From NCBI GenBank assembly GCA_030390025.1, contig CM059432.1:372001-436000 (forward strand): a stretch of DNA of 64,000 nt, read 5' to 3'. Under the pieces are notes generated by a model. It worked only from the letters and a program-made list of their open reading frames with translations. It made no database searches and was not told the DNA's origin. A program made the position numbers and the translations under genes. This document shows, in pieces, positions 28,880 to 40,750 of the stretch (the stretch's first letter is position 1; each line of letters starts with the position of its first letter). Origin of the DNA: Squalus acanthias. Taxonomy: Eukaryota.

Positions 28880-30001
28880 CTTTTTTTATTCGTTCCTGGG
28901 ATGTGCGTGTCGCTGGCAAGGCCAGCATTTATTGCCCATCCCTAATTGCCCTTGAGAAGGTGGTGGTGAGCCGCCTTCTTGAATTGCTGCAGTCCATGTG
29001 GTGAAGGTGCTCCCACAGTGCTGTAAGGTAGGGAGTTCCAGGATTTTGACCCAGCGACGATGAAGGAACGGCCGATATACTTCCAAGGCAGGATGGTGTG
29101 TGACTTGGAGGGGAACTTGGAGCTGGTGGTGTTCCCATGCGCCTGCTGCCCTTGTCCTTCTAGGTGGAAGAGGTCACGGATTTGGGAGGTGCTGCCGAAG
29201 AAGCCTTGGCGAGTTGCTGCAGTGCATCTTGTAGATGGTACACACTGCAGCCATGGTACGCCGTTGGTGGAGGGAGTGAATGTTTAAGATGGCGAATGGG
29301 GTGCTGATCAAACAGACTGCTTTGTCCTGGTTGGTGTCGAGCTTCTTGTGTTGTTGGAGCTGCACTCATCCAGGCAAGTGGAGAGTATTCCATCACACTC
29401 CTTACTTGTGCCTTGTAGATGGTGGAAAGGCTTTGGGGAGTCAGGAGTTGAGACACTCACCGCAGAATACCTAGCCTCTGACCTGCTCTTGTTGCCACAG
29501 TATTTATGTGGCTGGTCCAGTTAAGTTTCTGGTCAATGGTGACACCCAGGATGTTGATGGTGGGGGATTCGGCGATGGTAATGCCGTTGAATGACAAGGG
29601 GCGGTGGTTAGACTCTCGCTTGTTGGAGATAGTCATTGCCTGGCACTTCTGTGGCACGAATGTTACATGCCACTTATCAGCCCAAGTCTGAATGTCGTCC
29701 AGGTCTTGTTGCATGCGGGCATGGACTGCTTCATTATCTGAGGAGTTACGAATGGCACTGAACACTGTGCAGTCATCAGCGAACATCCCCATTTCTGACC
29801 TTATTTTGGAGGGAAGGTCATTGATGAAGCAGCTGAAGATGGTTGGGCCTAGGACACTGCCCTGAGGAACTCCTTCAACCACCACAACCATCTTCGTTTG
29901 TGCTAGGTATGACTCCAGCCAGTGGAGCGTTTTCCCCCCAATTCCTATTGACTTCAGTTTTACTAGGGCTCCTTGATGCCAGACTCGGTCAAATGCTGCC
30001 A
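28880..30001 (-). mobile_element. 5'-truncated APE-RT LINE of a second family (clade not determined)
   Basis: AAFDRVWH, GVPQGSVLGP, FADD, IYKAQVRSVMEY; tail GGGCAATTAGGGATGGGCAATAAATGCTGG. Confidence 0.85.
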
Positions 30002-30033
30002 TGGGTAGAACATATGAAGGACAGAGACACAAC

Positions 30034-30228
30034 GGGGGAAAAATTCGGTTTAATAAGGGGAGGAAGGCCTGCAGTAGCGCGGTGTAACATGCCACAGCGC
30101 ATGGCGATATTGACTCGCAGCGCCCCCAAGGGGGACATGGGGTGCTTCCAGTAGCGCCCCTCCTCCCTCTCGGGGAGCTACCTGGGAAAATCGGCCTGGG
30201 GCGCTAATCTTTTCGGGGCGCTAAAAAT
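30034..30228. mobile_element. MITE fragment within the Gypsy 3' LTR
   Basis: Begins GGGGGAAAAATTCGG like the other GGGG..AAATT MITEs here. Confidence 0.5.
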
Positions 30229-32630
30229 AACACTGCTTTCCCCTTAAAAGAAATGTACATATTCCCGTCTCAAATACAACAAAACTATGGTCCCACCTTT
30301 CCCAGCATTACATGCACCACAGAACAAAAACTCTCAGCTTTTTTTCTTTTAAATGAACTACAAATCCACTTTAATAACAGGTTTGCGGAGCCTTCCTGAT
30401 CTCCTTACAGACGGTTTTGGTGTTGAACCAATTTTCGGGCTGTTTTGTTTTGGTTACGAACTCAAAGATGATCCTGTTTCTATCTCAGACTTGTTTGAAT
30501 CCATGTGTTTCATTTCAATCCACTTTGAGTGACTATCTACAAGTGCCAGGAAATAATCATTTGTTTTCTCACAGAAGTCTACATGAAAAGGTCTGCTTGG
30601 CCATGACCAGGGTTGGAGTGGGCTTTTGGTGGTTTGTTTCTGCAATTTTGGCAAACGCTGCATTTGCAGACAAGTGATTCAAGTTCGTCCAGAATTCTAT
30701 CTCTCAAAGAAGTAGGTACCAGACTCTGTTTCCCCACTTGATACAACCTTGCTCACCAGACAATTCAGTGCGACGGTTATGGAATGGTTTCAACTCTGTG
30801 TCCAGACACTGATCAGTCCGTCCATTCAAGGTGTTTTCATAAACTCTTTAACTCTTTTCAGTCCTTTTGAGTCTCATCATCAATCTCAGTTGCATTCACG
30901 GGAAAGTCTTTGTCAACTGCACCTAGCGTGAAAATCACACCTTCACCCCCAACACACGAGTCCTCATGTGGCAACCTGGACAAGGCATCTGCGATTGTGT
31001 TCTGCTTTGAAGTGCGATATTATATTGTGTAGTCATATTGTGACAACAACACTGCCCGACGTTGCATTCTTGATGTGGCCATTGCAGGGATGGCAGATTT
31101 GGGCCCCAATATCGCTAGGAGCGGTTTGTGATCGGTTATCAGGGTAAACTTTCTGCCGATCAGGAACTGTTGGAATTTCTTGATTCCAAGCACTATGGCG
31201 AGTGCTTCCTTTTCAATTTGTGTGCAGTTTCTTTCGCTCTTTGTGAGAGTTTGCGATGCGAACACGATTGGTTTCTCTTGGCCGTCATCCATTATGTGGC
31301 TTATGACAGCTCCCACACTGTAGCTGGAAGCATCACACGCTGACTTAAGCTCACGCTCTGTGTCGTAGTGCACAAGTAGAGCATCGCTGAGAGACTTCTC
31401 TTACAAGCGTCGTAAGCTTCCTTTTGTGCTTTAGCCCATTTCCACTGGACATCCTTCTTGAGCAGCTCATGCAATGGAGCTAACATGGTCGCTAACTCAG
31501 GTGAGAAACGTGCATAGTACTGGACCATTCCAAGGAAAGATCTTAACTCAGACACGTTCTGTGGCTTTGGAGCATTGATGACAACATCAACCTTTTCCTT
31601 CACTGGTTGCAAACCATTTGCAGCAACTTTCAGACCAAGGTACACAACCTCGGGCTGCACAAAAGCACATTTGCTCCTTTTCAATTTGACGTTGTGGGCA
31701 TTCAACCTTTGAAGCACTAAATCTAACACGTCTAGATTTTCTTCCTCGCTGCTTGTTGTGATCAGCACATCGTCTTGATTACATAAGCAATTTGGAATTC
31801 CTTGCAAAATCTTATCCACCATAGCCTGGAAGATTTTGGGGAGGACTTTACACCATACGGCAGCTTAGTGTATGAGTACAGTCCCTTGTGTGTGTTGATA
31901 GTGAGATACCGTTGACTCTCTTTGTCAACATTCAGCTGAGCGTAAGCGTGTGACAGGTCAAGATTGGAGAAAACCTTTGACCCAGAGAGTGCTGCATACA
32001 AATCTTGTGATGTAGGTAACGGGTATTGCTCATCGTCAACTGCTTAGCTGATGGTAACTTTGTAGTCACCGCACAATGTACAGTTTTGTCTGCTTTGGGC
32101 ACTACCACAATCGGGGTAGCCCATTCACTTTTGTCAGTTTTTACTAGCACTCCGTTCTCTCTCAGTTCCTCTAGCTCTTCCTCCACCTGACTTTTCAACG
32201 CATAGGGGACCGGCCTTGCCTTACAATAGACAGGCTTTGCGTTGGACTTGATGTGGATATGCACATCATACCCAGTGATGCCCTCATAAATGTGAATATG
32301 CTTTCGTACTTGTTCAGCATTGTGTCGAGTCACTTCTTTGAAGCATCTACACTGAAGATGTTTGTCCAGTCTAGTTTTAACTTTCTCAACCAGTCTTTGC
32401 CCATGAGGGTTGGCCTGTTGTTGTAGCTCGCTACAATAATAGGCAGCTTTACTGACTGGCCATTGTGTTGAACTGTACATTCCATTTGTCCACATGACTC
32501 TAGGATTTCTCCGGAGTAGGTTTTTAACTCTACGGTACTCTTTGTAAATGGTATTTGATTAAACTTACTCTCATATGTGTCCTTACTCATGATAGAGCAG
32601 TCTGCCGCCGTGTCGATACATATATCAATA

Positions 32631-35600
32631 TCATAGAATCATAGAATCATAGAAATTTACAGCACAGAAGGAGGCCATCCAGCCCATCTTGTCTGATGAT
32701 GAGGGTTCCTGCCTCTACCACCCTTTCAGGCAGTGAGTTCCAGACCCCCACCACCCTCTGGGTGAAAAAAGTTCTCCTCAAATCCCCTCTAAACTTCCGA
32801 CCAATTACTGTAAATCTATGCCCCCTGGTTATTGGCCTCTCTGCTAAGGGAAATAGGTCCTTTCTATCCACTCTATCTAGGCCCCTCATAATTTTATACA
32901 CCTCAATAAGGTCTCCCCTCAGCCTCCTCTGTTCCAAAGAAAACAACCCCAGCCTATCCAATCTTTCCTCATAGCTAAAATTCCCCAGCCCAGGCAACAT
33001 CCTCGTAAATCCCCTCTACAGGGAACGGTAGCATAGTGGTCATGTTACTGGACTAGTAATCCAGAGGCCTGGACTAATGATCCAGAGTTACAAGTTCAAA
33101 TCCCACCACGGCAGCTGGGGAAATTAAATTCAGTTAATTAAATAAATCTGGAATAATTACTAGTATCAGTAATGGTGACCATGAAACTATCGGATTGTCG
33201 TAAAAACCCATCTGGCTCACTAATGCCCTTTAGGGAAGGAAACCTGCCGTCCTTACCCGGTCTGGTCTGTATGTGACTCCAGACCCACAGCAATGTGGTT
33301 GACTGCCCTCTGAAATGGCCAAGCAAGACACCCAGTTGTAACTAACCCCTACGAAACACAATAATAATAAGAATGAAACCGGATGCACCACCCGGTATCA
33401 ACCTCGGCACCGGCTACAGACATGGCAACGACACACCCAGCCCAGTCGACCCTGCAAAGTCCTCCTCACCAGCATCTGGGGACTTGTGCCAAAATTGAGA
33501 GAGCTGTCCCACAGACTAGTCAAGCAACAGCCTGACATAGTCATACTCACAGAATCATACCTTTCAGCCAATGTCCCGAACTCCTCCATCACCATCCCTG
33601 GGTATGTCCTGTCCCACCGGCACAGTGGTATACAGTCGGGAAGGAGTGGCCCTGGGAGTTCTCAACATTGACTCCAGACCCTGTGGAGTCTCATGGCTTC
33701 AGGTCAAGCATGGGCAAGGAAACCTACTGCTGATTACCACCTACCACCCTCCCTCAGCTGATGAATCAGTACTCCTCCATGTTGAACAGCACTTGGAAGA
33801 AGCACTGAGAGTAGCAAGGGCACAGAATGTACTCTGGGTGGGGGACTTTAATATCCATCACCAAGAGTGGCTCGGTAGCACCACAGCTGGCCGAGTCCTG
33901 AAGGACATAGCTGCCAGTCTGGGCCTGCGACAGGTGGTGAGAGAACCAACACGAGGGAAAAACCTGCTTGACCTCGTCCTCACCAATCTACCTCTCGCAG
34001 ATGCATCTACCCATGACAGCATTGGTAGCAGTGACCACCGCACAGTCATTGTGGAGACGAAGTTCCGTCTTCACACTGAGAACATCCTCCATCGTGTTGT
34101 GTGGCACTACCACCGTGCTAAATGAGATAGATTCAGAACAGATCTAACAGCTCAAAACTGAGCAGCCATGAGGCTCTGTGGGCCATCAGCAGCAGCAGAA
34201 TTGTATTCCACCACAATCTATAACCTCATGGCCCAGCATATCGCTCACTCTACCATTACCATCAAGCCAGGGGACCAACCATTTCAGCTGCTTCATCAAT
34301 GACCTTCCCTCCAACCTAAGGTCAGAAATGGGGATGTTCGCTGATGACTGCACAATGTTCAGTGCCATTCACAACTCCACAGATAATGAAGCAGTCCATG
34401 CCCGCATGCAACAAGACCTGGTCGACATTCAGGCTTGGGCTGATAAGTGGCAGGTAATATTTGCGCCACAGAAGTGCCAGGCAATGACTTTCTCCAACAA
34501 GCGAGAGTCTAACCACTGCCCTTGTCATTCAACGGCATTACCATCGCCGAATCCCCCACTATCAACATCCTGGGGGTCACCATTGACCAGAAACTTAACT
34601 GGACCAGCCACATAAATACTGTGGCAACAAGAGCAGGTCAGAGGCTGGGTATTCTGCGGCGAGTGTCTCATCTCCTGACTCCCCAAAGCCTTTCCACCAT
34701 CTACAAGGCACAAGTAAGGAGTGTGATGGAATACCCTCCACTTGCCTGGATGAGTGCAGCTCTAATAACACTCAAGATGCTCGACATCATCCAGGACAAA
34801 GCAGCCCGCTTGATTGGCCCCCCATCCACCACCTTAAACATTCACTGGCGCACCGTGGCTGCAGTGTGTACCATCTACAAGATGCACTGCAGCAACTTGC
34901 CAAGGCTTCTTCGACAGCACCTCCCAAACCCACGACCTCTACCACCTAGAAGGACAAGGGCAGCAGGCACATGGGAACACCACCCCCTCCAAGTCACACA
35001 CCTTCCTGAGATGGAAGTATATCGCCGATCCTTCATAGTCGCTGGGTCAAAATCCTGGAACTCCCTCCCTAACAGCACTGTGGAAGTACCTTCACCACAC
35101 GGACTGCAGCTTTTCAAGAAGGCGGCTCACCACCACCTTCTCAAGGGCAATTAGGGATGGGCAATAAATGCTGGCCTTGCCAGCGACGCCCACATCCGAT
35201 AAACGAATAAAAAAATCCCTCTCTAGTGCAATCACATCCTTCCTGTAATGTGGTGACCAGAACTGCACGCAGTACTCTAGCTGCTCTTGTATTCTATGCC
35301 ACGGTTAATAAAGGCAAGCATTCCGTATGCCACCTTATCTACCTGGCCTGCTACCTTCAGGGATCTGTGGACATGCACTTCAAGGTCCCGCTGATCCTCT
35401 GCACTTCTCACTGTTCTACCATGTACTGTGTATTCCCTTGCCTTGTTATCCCTTCCCAAATGCATTACCTCACACTTCTCCAGATTGAATTCCATTTGCC
35501 ACTGTTCTGCCCACCTGACCAGTCCATTGATATCTTCCTGCAGTCTACAATTTTCTTCTTCATTATCAACCACATGGCCAATTTTTGTATCATCTGCAAA

Positions 35601-36118
35601 CTTCTTAATCATATTTCCAAATCATTGATATATACCACAAAAAGCAAAGGACCAGTACTGAGCCCTGCGGAACCCCACTGGAAACAGCCTTCCAGTCACA
35701 AAAACACCCTTTGACCATTACCCTTTGTTTCCTGCCTCTGAGCCAATTTTGGATCCAACTTGCCACTTTGCCCTGGATCCCATGGGCTTTTACTTCTCTG
35801 ACCAGTCTGCCACGCGGGACCTTATCAAAAGCTTTGCTAAAATCCATATAGACTACAGCAAACGCACTACCCTCATCGACCCTCCTTGTTCCCTCCTCAA
35901 AAATTCAATCAAGCTAGTCAGACAGGACCTTCTCTTAACAAATCCATGCTGACTGTCCCTGATTAATCCTTGTCTTTGTAAATGAAGATTTATCCTGTCC
36001 CTCAGAATTTTTCCATTAATTTTCCCACCACCGAGGTTAGGCTGACTGGCCTGTAATTACTCGGTCTATCCCTTTCACCCTTTTTAAGTAAAGGTACAAC
36101 GTTAGCAGTCCTCCCGTC
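32631..36118 (-). mobile_element. CR1 inserted in the Gypsy protease, itself split by 33021-35215
   Basis: (CATAGAAT)n tail at 32631; RT pieces 32647-33020 and 35217-36118 join as CCCCTCTACA|CCCTCTCTAG. Confidence 0.85.
33021..35215 (+). mobile_element. APE-RT LINE with tRNA-like 5' head, internally deleted
   Basis: A box 33029-33039, B box 33094-33102; APE (ILTESYL, VGDFN, SDH); deletion at ~34280; RT C-terminus; A-rich tail. Confidence 0.8.
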
Positions 36119-37329
36119 CGTTGATCAAAAAGTTTGTACGGAAGTCTTTCTCATGACTGCTAGCGTTGCCGCTAGTGGCATAGACACTGTAGGTGCCTAG
36201 TTCTTCAACATCAGGTGTGTTCACTTCAATATTGTGAACTCATCCCTTTTGTTGTCGCTGCTTTGCATTGCCACTAGAATGGTTCTTACTTCCTGATTTC
36301 GATCTAGCTCTGCAAGCTGTTGAAATATGGCCTTGCTTCTGGCAGTGAAAACACTTCACATTTCTGCTTTGGCAGGACTGTGGTGAGTGACTTCCTTGCA
36401 GCGATAACAATTCACTGAACTGCTCTCACCGACATGCTTTTGACTCGCTCTCACAGCTTTAGGTTTGGCGGTGGCTTTGTGACTGTAGACCACAGCTGCA
36501 CTTGTCACTTGAGTTGGACACAGCTCCCGAGTATTCTTAGACGCCATCTCCATAGATAGGGCAATTTTGCATGCTGTGTCAAACGTTAGGTTCGGAGTGT
36601 TCAGTAACTTGGACTGTGTGCGCTCATCCACCAGTCCACACACAAACTTATCTCGCAACGCACGATCCAAAAATGTGCGATGTTACAATGCAAAGACAGG
36701 TTCTTAAGAGCTACAATGTACTCACTGATGGTTTCACTTTGTTTTTGGTTTCTGGTACCAAACTTATAGCTCTCTGCTATTTCTAATGGCTTTGGGTCGA
36801 AATGGTCCTCGAGTTTCTCGACAATGTCTTCAAACGACGCATCCTTCGCTTTCCCTGGTGCGAGTAGGTTTGTCAACGTTCCGTAGACATCAGGCCTGAT
36901 CTCCGTTAGAAAGATTGCTTTCTTCCGTTCATAAATTACTTCATTTTGAGCTTGAACATTCTCATCTACACCTTCGGTCTCAATAATGATATTGGCCCTA
37001 AAAAAAATCTCCATCCGCTCAATGTAAGAACTGAATGGTTCGCGAGCTCGGTCATACAGGCCGAGGCTTCCGATGAATCCCGTAGATGCGGCCATGAATG
37101 TCCCGATCCTGTCGAACAGTGACTCAGCCGCTACCTGTGTACCTGTGAGCATCAACACTGCTGTTGCTGTGTATACAAACACACGAAGGTGAAGCACAGA
37201 GGATTCTGCATCAGCATTAACGCTAAAACATCGCAAAAAATTCAGTTTAGGTGACACAAATTCACCTTAAACTTGTCCACTCGAAGGTTGAACACTGTGT
37301 CCTTCCATGATCCTAAAAATGACTTTGGG

Positions 37330-37347
37330 ATCCCATCCTCGTCACCA
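37330..37347 (-). promoter_or_regulatory. Primer binding site complementary to tRNA-Ser(GCT) 3' end
   Basis: TGGTGACGAGGATGGGAT 3 nt after the LTR-terminal ACA. Confidence 0.8.
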
Positions 37348-37381
37348 AAATGTAATATACTTGGGTAGAACAAATGAAGGG

Positions 37382-38335
37382 ACTTCATCTCCACAAGGAC
37401 TGTGTGGTGGCCACTCCTACCAATATTGTCGTGGACAGATGTATCTGCGACAGGTAGATTGGTGAGGACGAGGTCAAGTTGGTTCTCTCACCACCTGCCG
37501 CAGACCATCAATATAAGATAGTCACCAAGAAATCCAATAGGGAATTCAGAAGAAACTTCTTTACCCAGAGAGTGGTGAGAATGCGAAGCTCGCTACCACA
37601 GGGAGTGGTTGAAGTGAATAGTATAGATGCATTTAAGGGGAAGCTGGACAAGCATATGAGGGAGAAGGGAATAGAGGGTTATGCTGATAGATTTAGATCA
37701 GGAAAGACAGGAGGAGGCTCGAGTGGAACATAAACGCCGGCATGGACTGGTTGGGCCGAATGGCCTGTTTCTGGGCCGTATATCCGATGTAATCCTATGT
37801 AAGCCCAGTCTGGCAGCTATGTCCTTCAGGACTCGGCCAGCTCGGTCAGTAGTGGTGCTACCGAGCCACTCTTGGTGATGGACATTGAAGTCCCCCATCC
37901 AGAATACATTCTGTGCCCTTGCTACTCTCAGTGCTTCTTCCAAGTGGTGTTCAACATGGAGGAGTACTGATTCATCAGCTGAGGGAGGGCGGTAGGTGGT
38001 AATCAGCAGAGGTTTCCTTGCCCACATTTGACCTGAAGCCATGAGATTTCACGGGGTCCAGAGTCAATGTTGAGGACTCCCAGGGCCACTCCCACCCGAC
38101 TGTATACCACTGTGCCTCCACCCCTGGTGGGTCTGTCCTGCAGGTGGGACAGGACATACCCAAGGATGGTGATGGAGGAGTTTGCGACTTTGGATGAAAG
38201 GTATGATTCTGTGAGTATGACTATGTCAGGATGTTGCTTGACTAGTCTGTGAGACAACGCTCCCAATTTTGGCACAAGTCCCCAGATGTTAGTGAGGAGG
38301 ACTTTGCAGGGTTGAATGGGCTGGGTGTGTCTTTC
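37382..38335 (-). mobile_element. APE region of the second LINE family with a short CR1 3' end (37507-37800) inserted
   Basis: KVLLTNIWGL, ILTESYL, MGDFN; mirror of 55812-56790. Confidence 0.85.
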
Positions 38336-38696
38336 ATACAATCATAGAAATTTACAGCACAGAAGGAAGCCATTCGGCCCATCGAGTCTGTGCCGGCCGA
38401 AAAAGATCTATCCAGCCTAATCCCACTTTCCAGCTCTTGGTCCGTAGCCTTGTAGGTTACGGCACTTCAAGTGCATATCCAAGTACTTTTTAAATGTGAT
38501 GAGGGTTTCTGCCTCTACCACCCTTTCAGGCAGTGAGTTCCAGACCCCCACCAACCTCTGGATGAAAGAATCCTGAGAAATCTCCATTTCAGATTCCCAC
38601 TAGCTAACATGGACAGATGAAATAAGCATTATTAGCTGCAGGTTGAAGTTTGTATTATGTAACTGTTAGTCAATGCGCGCTGATTCTTGAATAATC

Positions 38697-40249
38697 AAGG
38701 AAGAGGATGCTGAGGGAATTGAAGGAAGAAATCGCGGAGTTACTGGCCATAATATTCCAATACTCTTGAGAAAGAGGGGTGGTGCCAGAGGACTGGAGAA
38801 TTGCAAATGTTACACCCTTGATCAAAAAAGGGTGTAAAGATAAACCCAGCAACTACAGGCCAGTCAGTTTAACCTTGGTAGCAGGGAATCTTTTAGGAAC
38901 AATAATCAGGGACAAAATTAACAGTCCCTTGGACAAGTGTGGATTAAATAAGGAAAGACAGCACGGATTTGTTAAAGGCAAATCGTGTTTAACCAACTTG
39001 ATCGAGTTTTTTGATGAGGTAACAGAGTGGGTTGATGAGGGCAATGCGGTTGACGTGGTGTACATGGACTTCCAAAAGGCTTTCGACAAGGTGCCACATA
39101 ATAGGCTTACCAGCAAAGTTGAAGCCCATGGAATAAAAGGGACAGTGGCAGCATGGATACGGAATTGGCTGAGTGACAGGAAACAGAGAGTAGTGGTGAA
39201 CGGTTGTTTTTCAGACTGGAGGATGGTATACAGTAGTGTTCCCCAGGGGTCAGTACTAGGACCACTGTTTTTCTTGATGTATATTAATGACTTGGACATG
39301 GGTGTACAGGGCACAATTTCAAAATTTGCAGATGACCCAAAACTTGGAAGTATAGTGAACAGTGAGGAGGAGAGGGATAGACTTCAGGAAGACATAAGCA
39401 GGCTGGTGAAATGGGCGGACACATGGCAGATGAAATTTAATGCAGAAAAGTGTGAAGTGATACATTTTGGTAGAAAGAATGAAGAGAGGACATATAAACT
39501 AAATGGTACAATCCTGAAGGGGGTGCACTAACAGAGAGACCTGGGGGTATATGTGCACAAATTGTTGAAGGTGGCAGGGCAGGTTGAGAAAGCAGTTAAA
39601 AAGGCTTACGGGATCCTGGGCTTCATGAATAGAGGTATAGAGTACAAAAGTGTGGAAATTATGATGAACCTGTAAAAAACACTGGTTCGGCCCCAACTGG
39701 AGTATTGTGTCCAATTCTGGGTACTGCACTTTAGGAAGGATGTGAAGGCCTTAGAGAGGGTGCAGAAAAGATTTACGAGAATTGTTCCAGGAATGAGGGA
39801 CTTCAGTTACATTGATAGACTGGAGAAGCTGGGGTTGTTCTCCTTAGAGCAGAGAAGATCGAGAGGAGATTTGATAGAGGTGTTCAAAATCATGAGGGGT
39901 CTGGACAGAGTAGATAGAGAGAAACTGTTCCCATTGGCAGAAGGGTCGAGAACCAGAGGACACAGATTTAAGGTGATTGGTAAAACAACCAAAGGTGATG
40001 TAAGAAAAAACTCTTTTACGCAGCGAGTGATTAGGATCTGGAATGCACTGCCTGAAAGGGTGGTGGAAGCAGATTCAATCACAGCTTTCAAAAGCGAGTT
40101 GGATAAGTATCTGAAAGAAAAAAAATTTGCAGTGCTCCGGGGAAAGGGCGGGGGAGTGGGACTAGCTGAAGTGCTCTTGCAGAGAGCCGGCACGGGCTCG
40201 ACGGGCCGAATGGCCTCCTCCTGTGCTGTAACCATTCTATGATTCTATA
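38697..40249 (+). mobile_element. 5'-truncated CR1 (copy A)
   Basis: ORFs 38779..39531 and 39742..40242; ATTCTATG tail. Confidence 0.9.
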
Positions 40250-40638
40250 ATTGACCTCCTTTGCGCCTCCAGTTAGCGCCTCCGGGGGGCGTTAATGGGG
40301 CGCTACCGGCTTTGCGACCGGGCGCGGCGATAGTACCGACGCCCGCGAAATTGACGTGGATGTTTGCGGCGGCAGTAACCACTAGCGCCACGATCTCCTG
40401 CGCCCGGAGATCGTGACGTCATCCGGCTGCGCGGCGCCCCGGTTAGAGTGCGTGCGGCTGATGGTCGCGGATCGCGGCTGCCGTTGGTGACGAGGGACAT
40501 CGATTTGATGCAGAGCCGGCAGCGATGGACCGTCCCTTTAGCGAGCGAAGGAGCCTCCGTTCCCGGCAGCGTTGCCCTCGACATTGGGCCGCGCTGGGCC
40601 GGTACCGCCCCTCCTGCCGAACTCTCGCGCTCCAAGCC
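40250..40638 (-). mobile_element. Internally deleted inverted copy of the MITE at 44120-45619
   Basis: Reverse complement of ~45430-45615 joined to ~44270-44466. Confidence 0.8.
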
Positions 40639-40750
40639 CTTGCTGCTGGCCTTTGTTTTTATCATTCACTGCGGAGGTTCGAACATTCCAGCACAATTCT
40701 AACTGCGCCTGACCTTGGTTCCCAGGCTGGCTGCAGTCTATTCGACTGTG

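Larger units (their letters stand above)
30002..37381 (-). mobile_element. Gypsy LTR retrotransposon (Mag-like), degenerate and interrupted
   Basis: LTR remnants 30002-30030 and 37351-37381; gag ATG at 37095 with two CCHC knuckles; protease IDTAAD ~32610; RT (NQDD), RNase H (ACDAS..EKEALA..TDHKPL), integrase fragments. Confidence 0.9.

Noticed and set aside
33021..33112. Functional tRNA-Thr(AGT) gene
   Set aside because: Duplicated anticodon arm, no proper acceptor stem, and continuous with a retroelement
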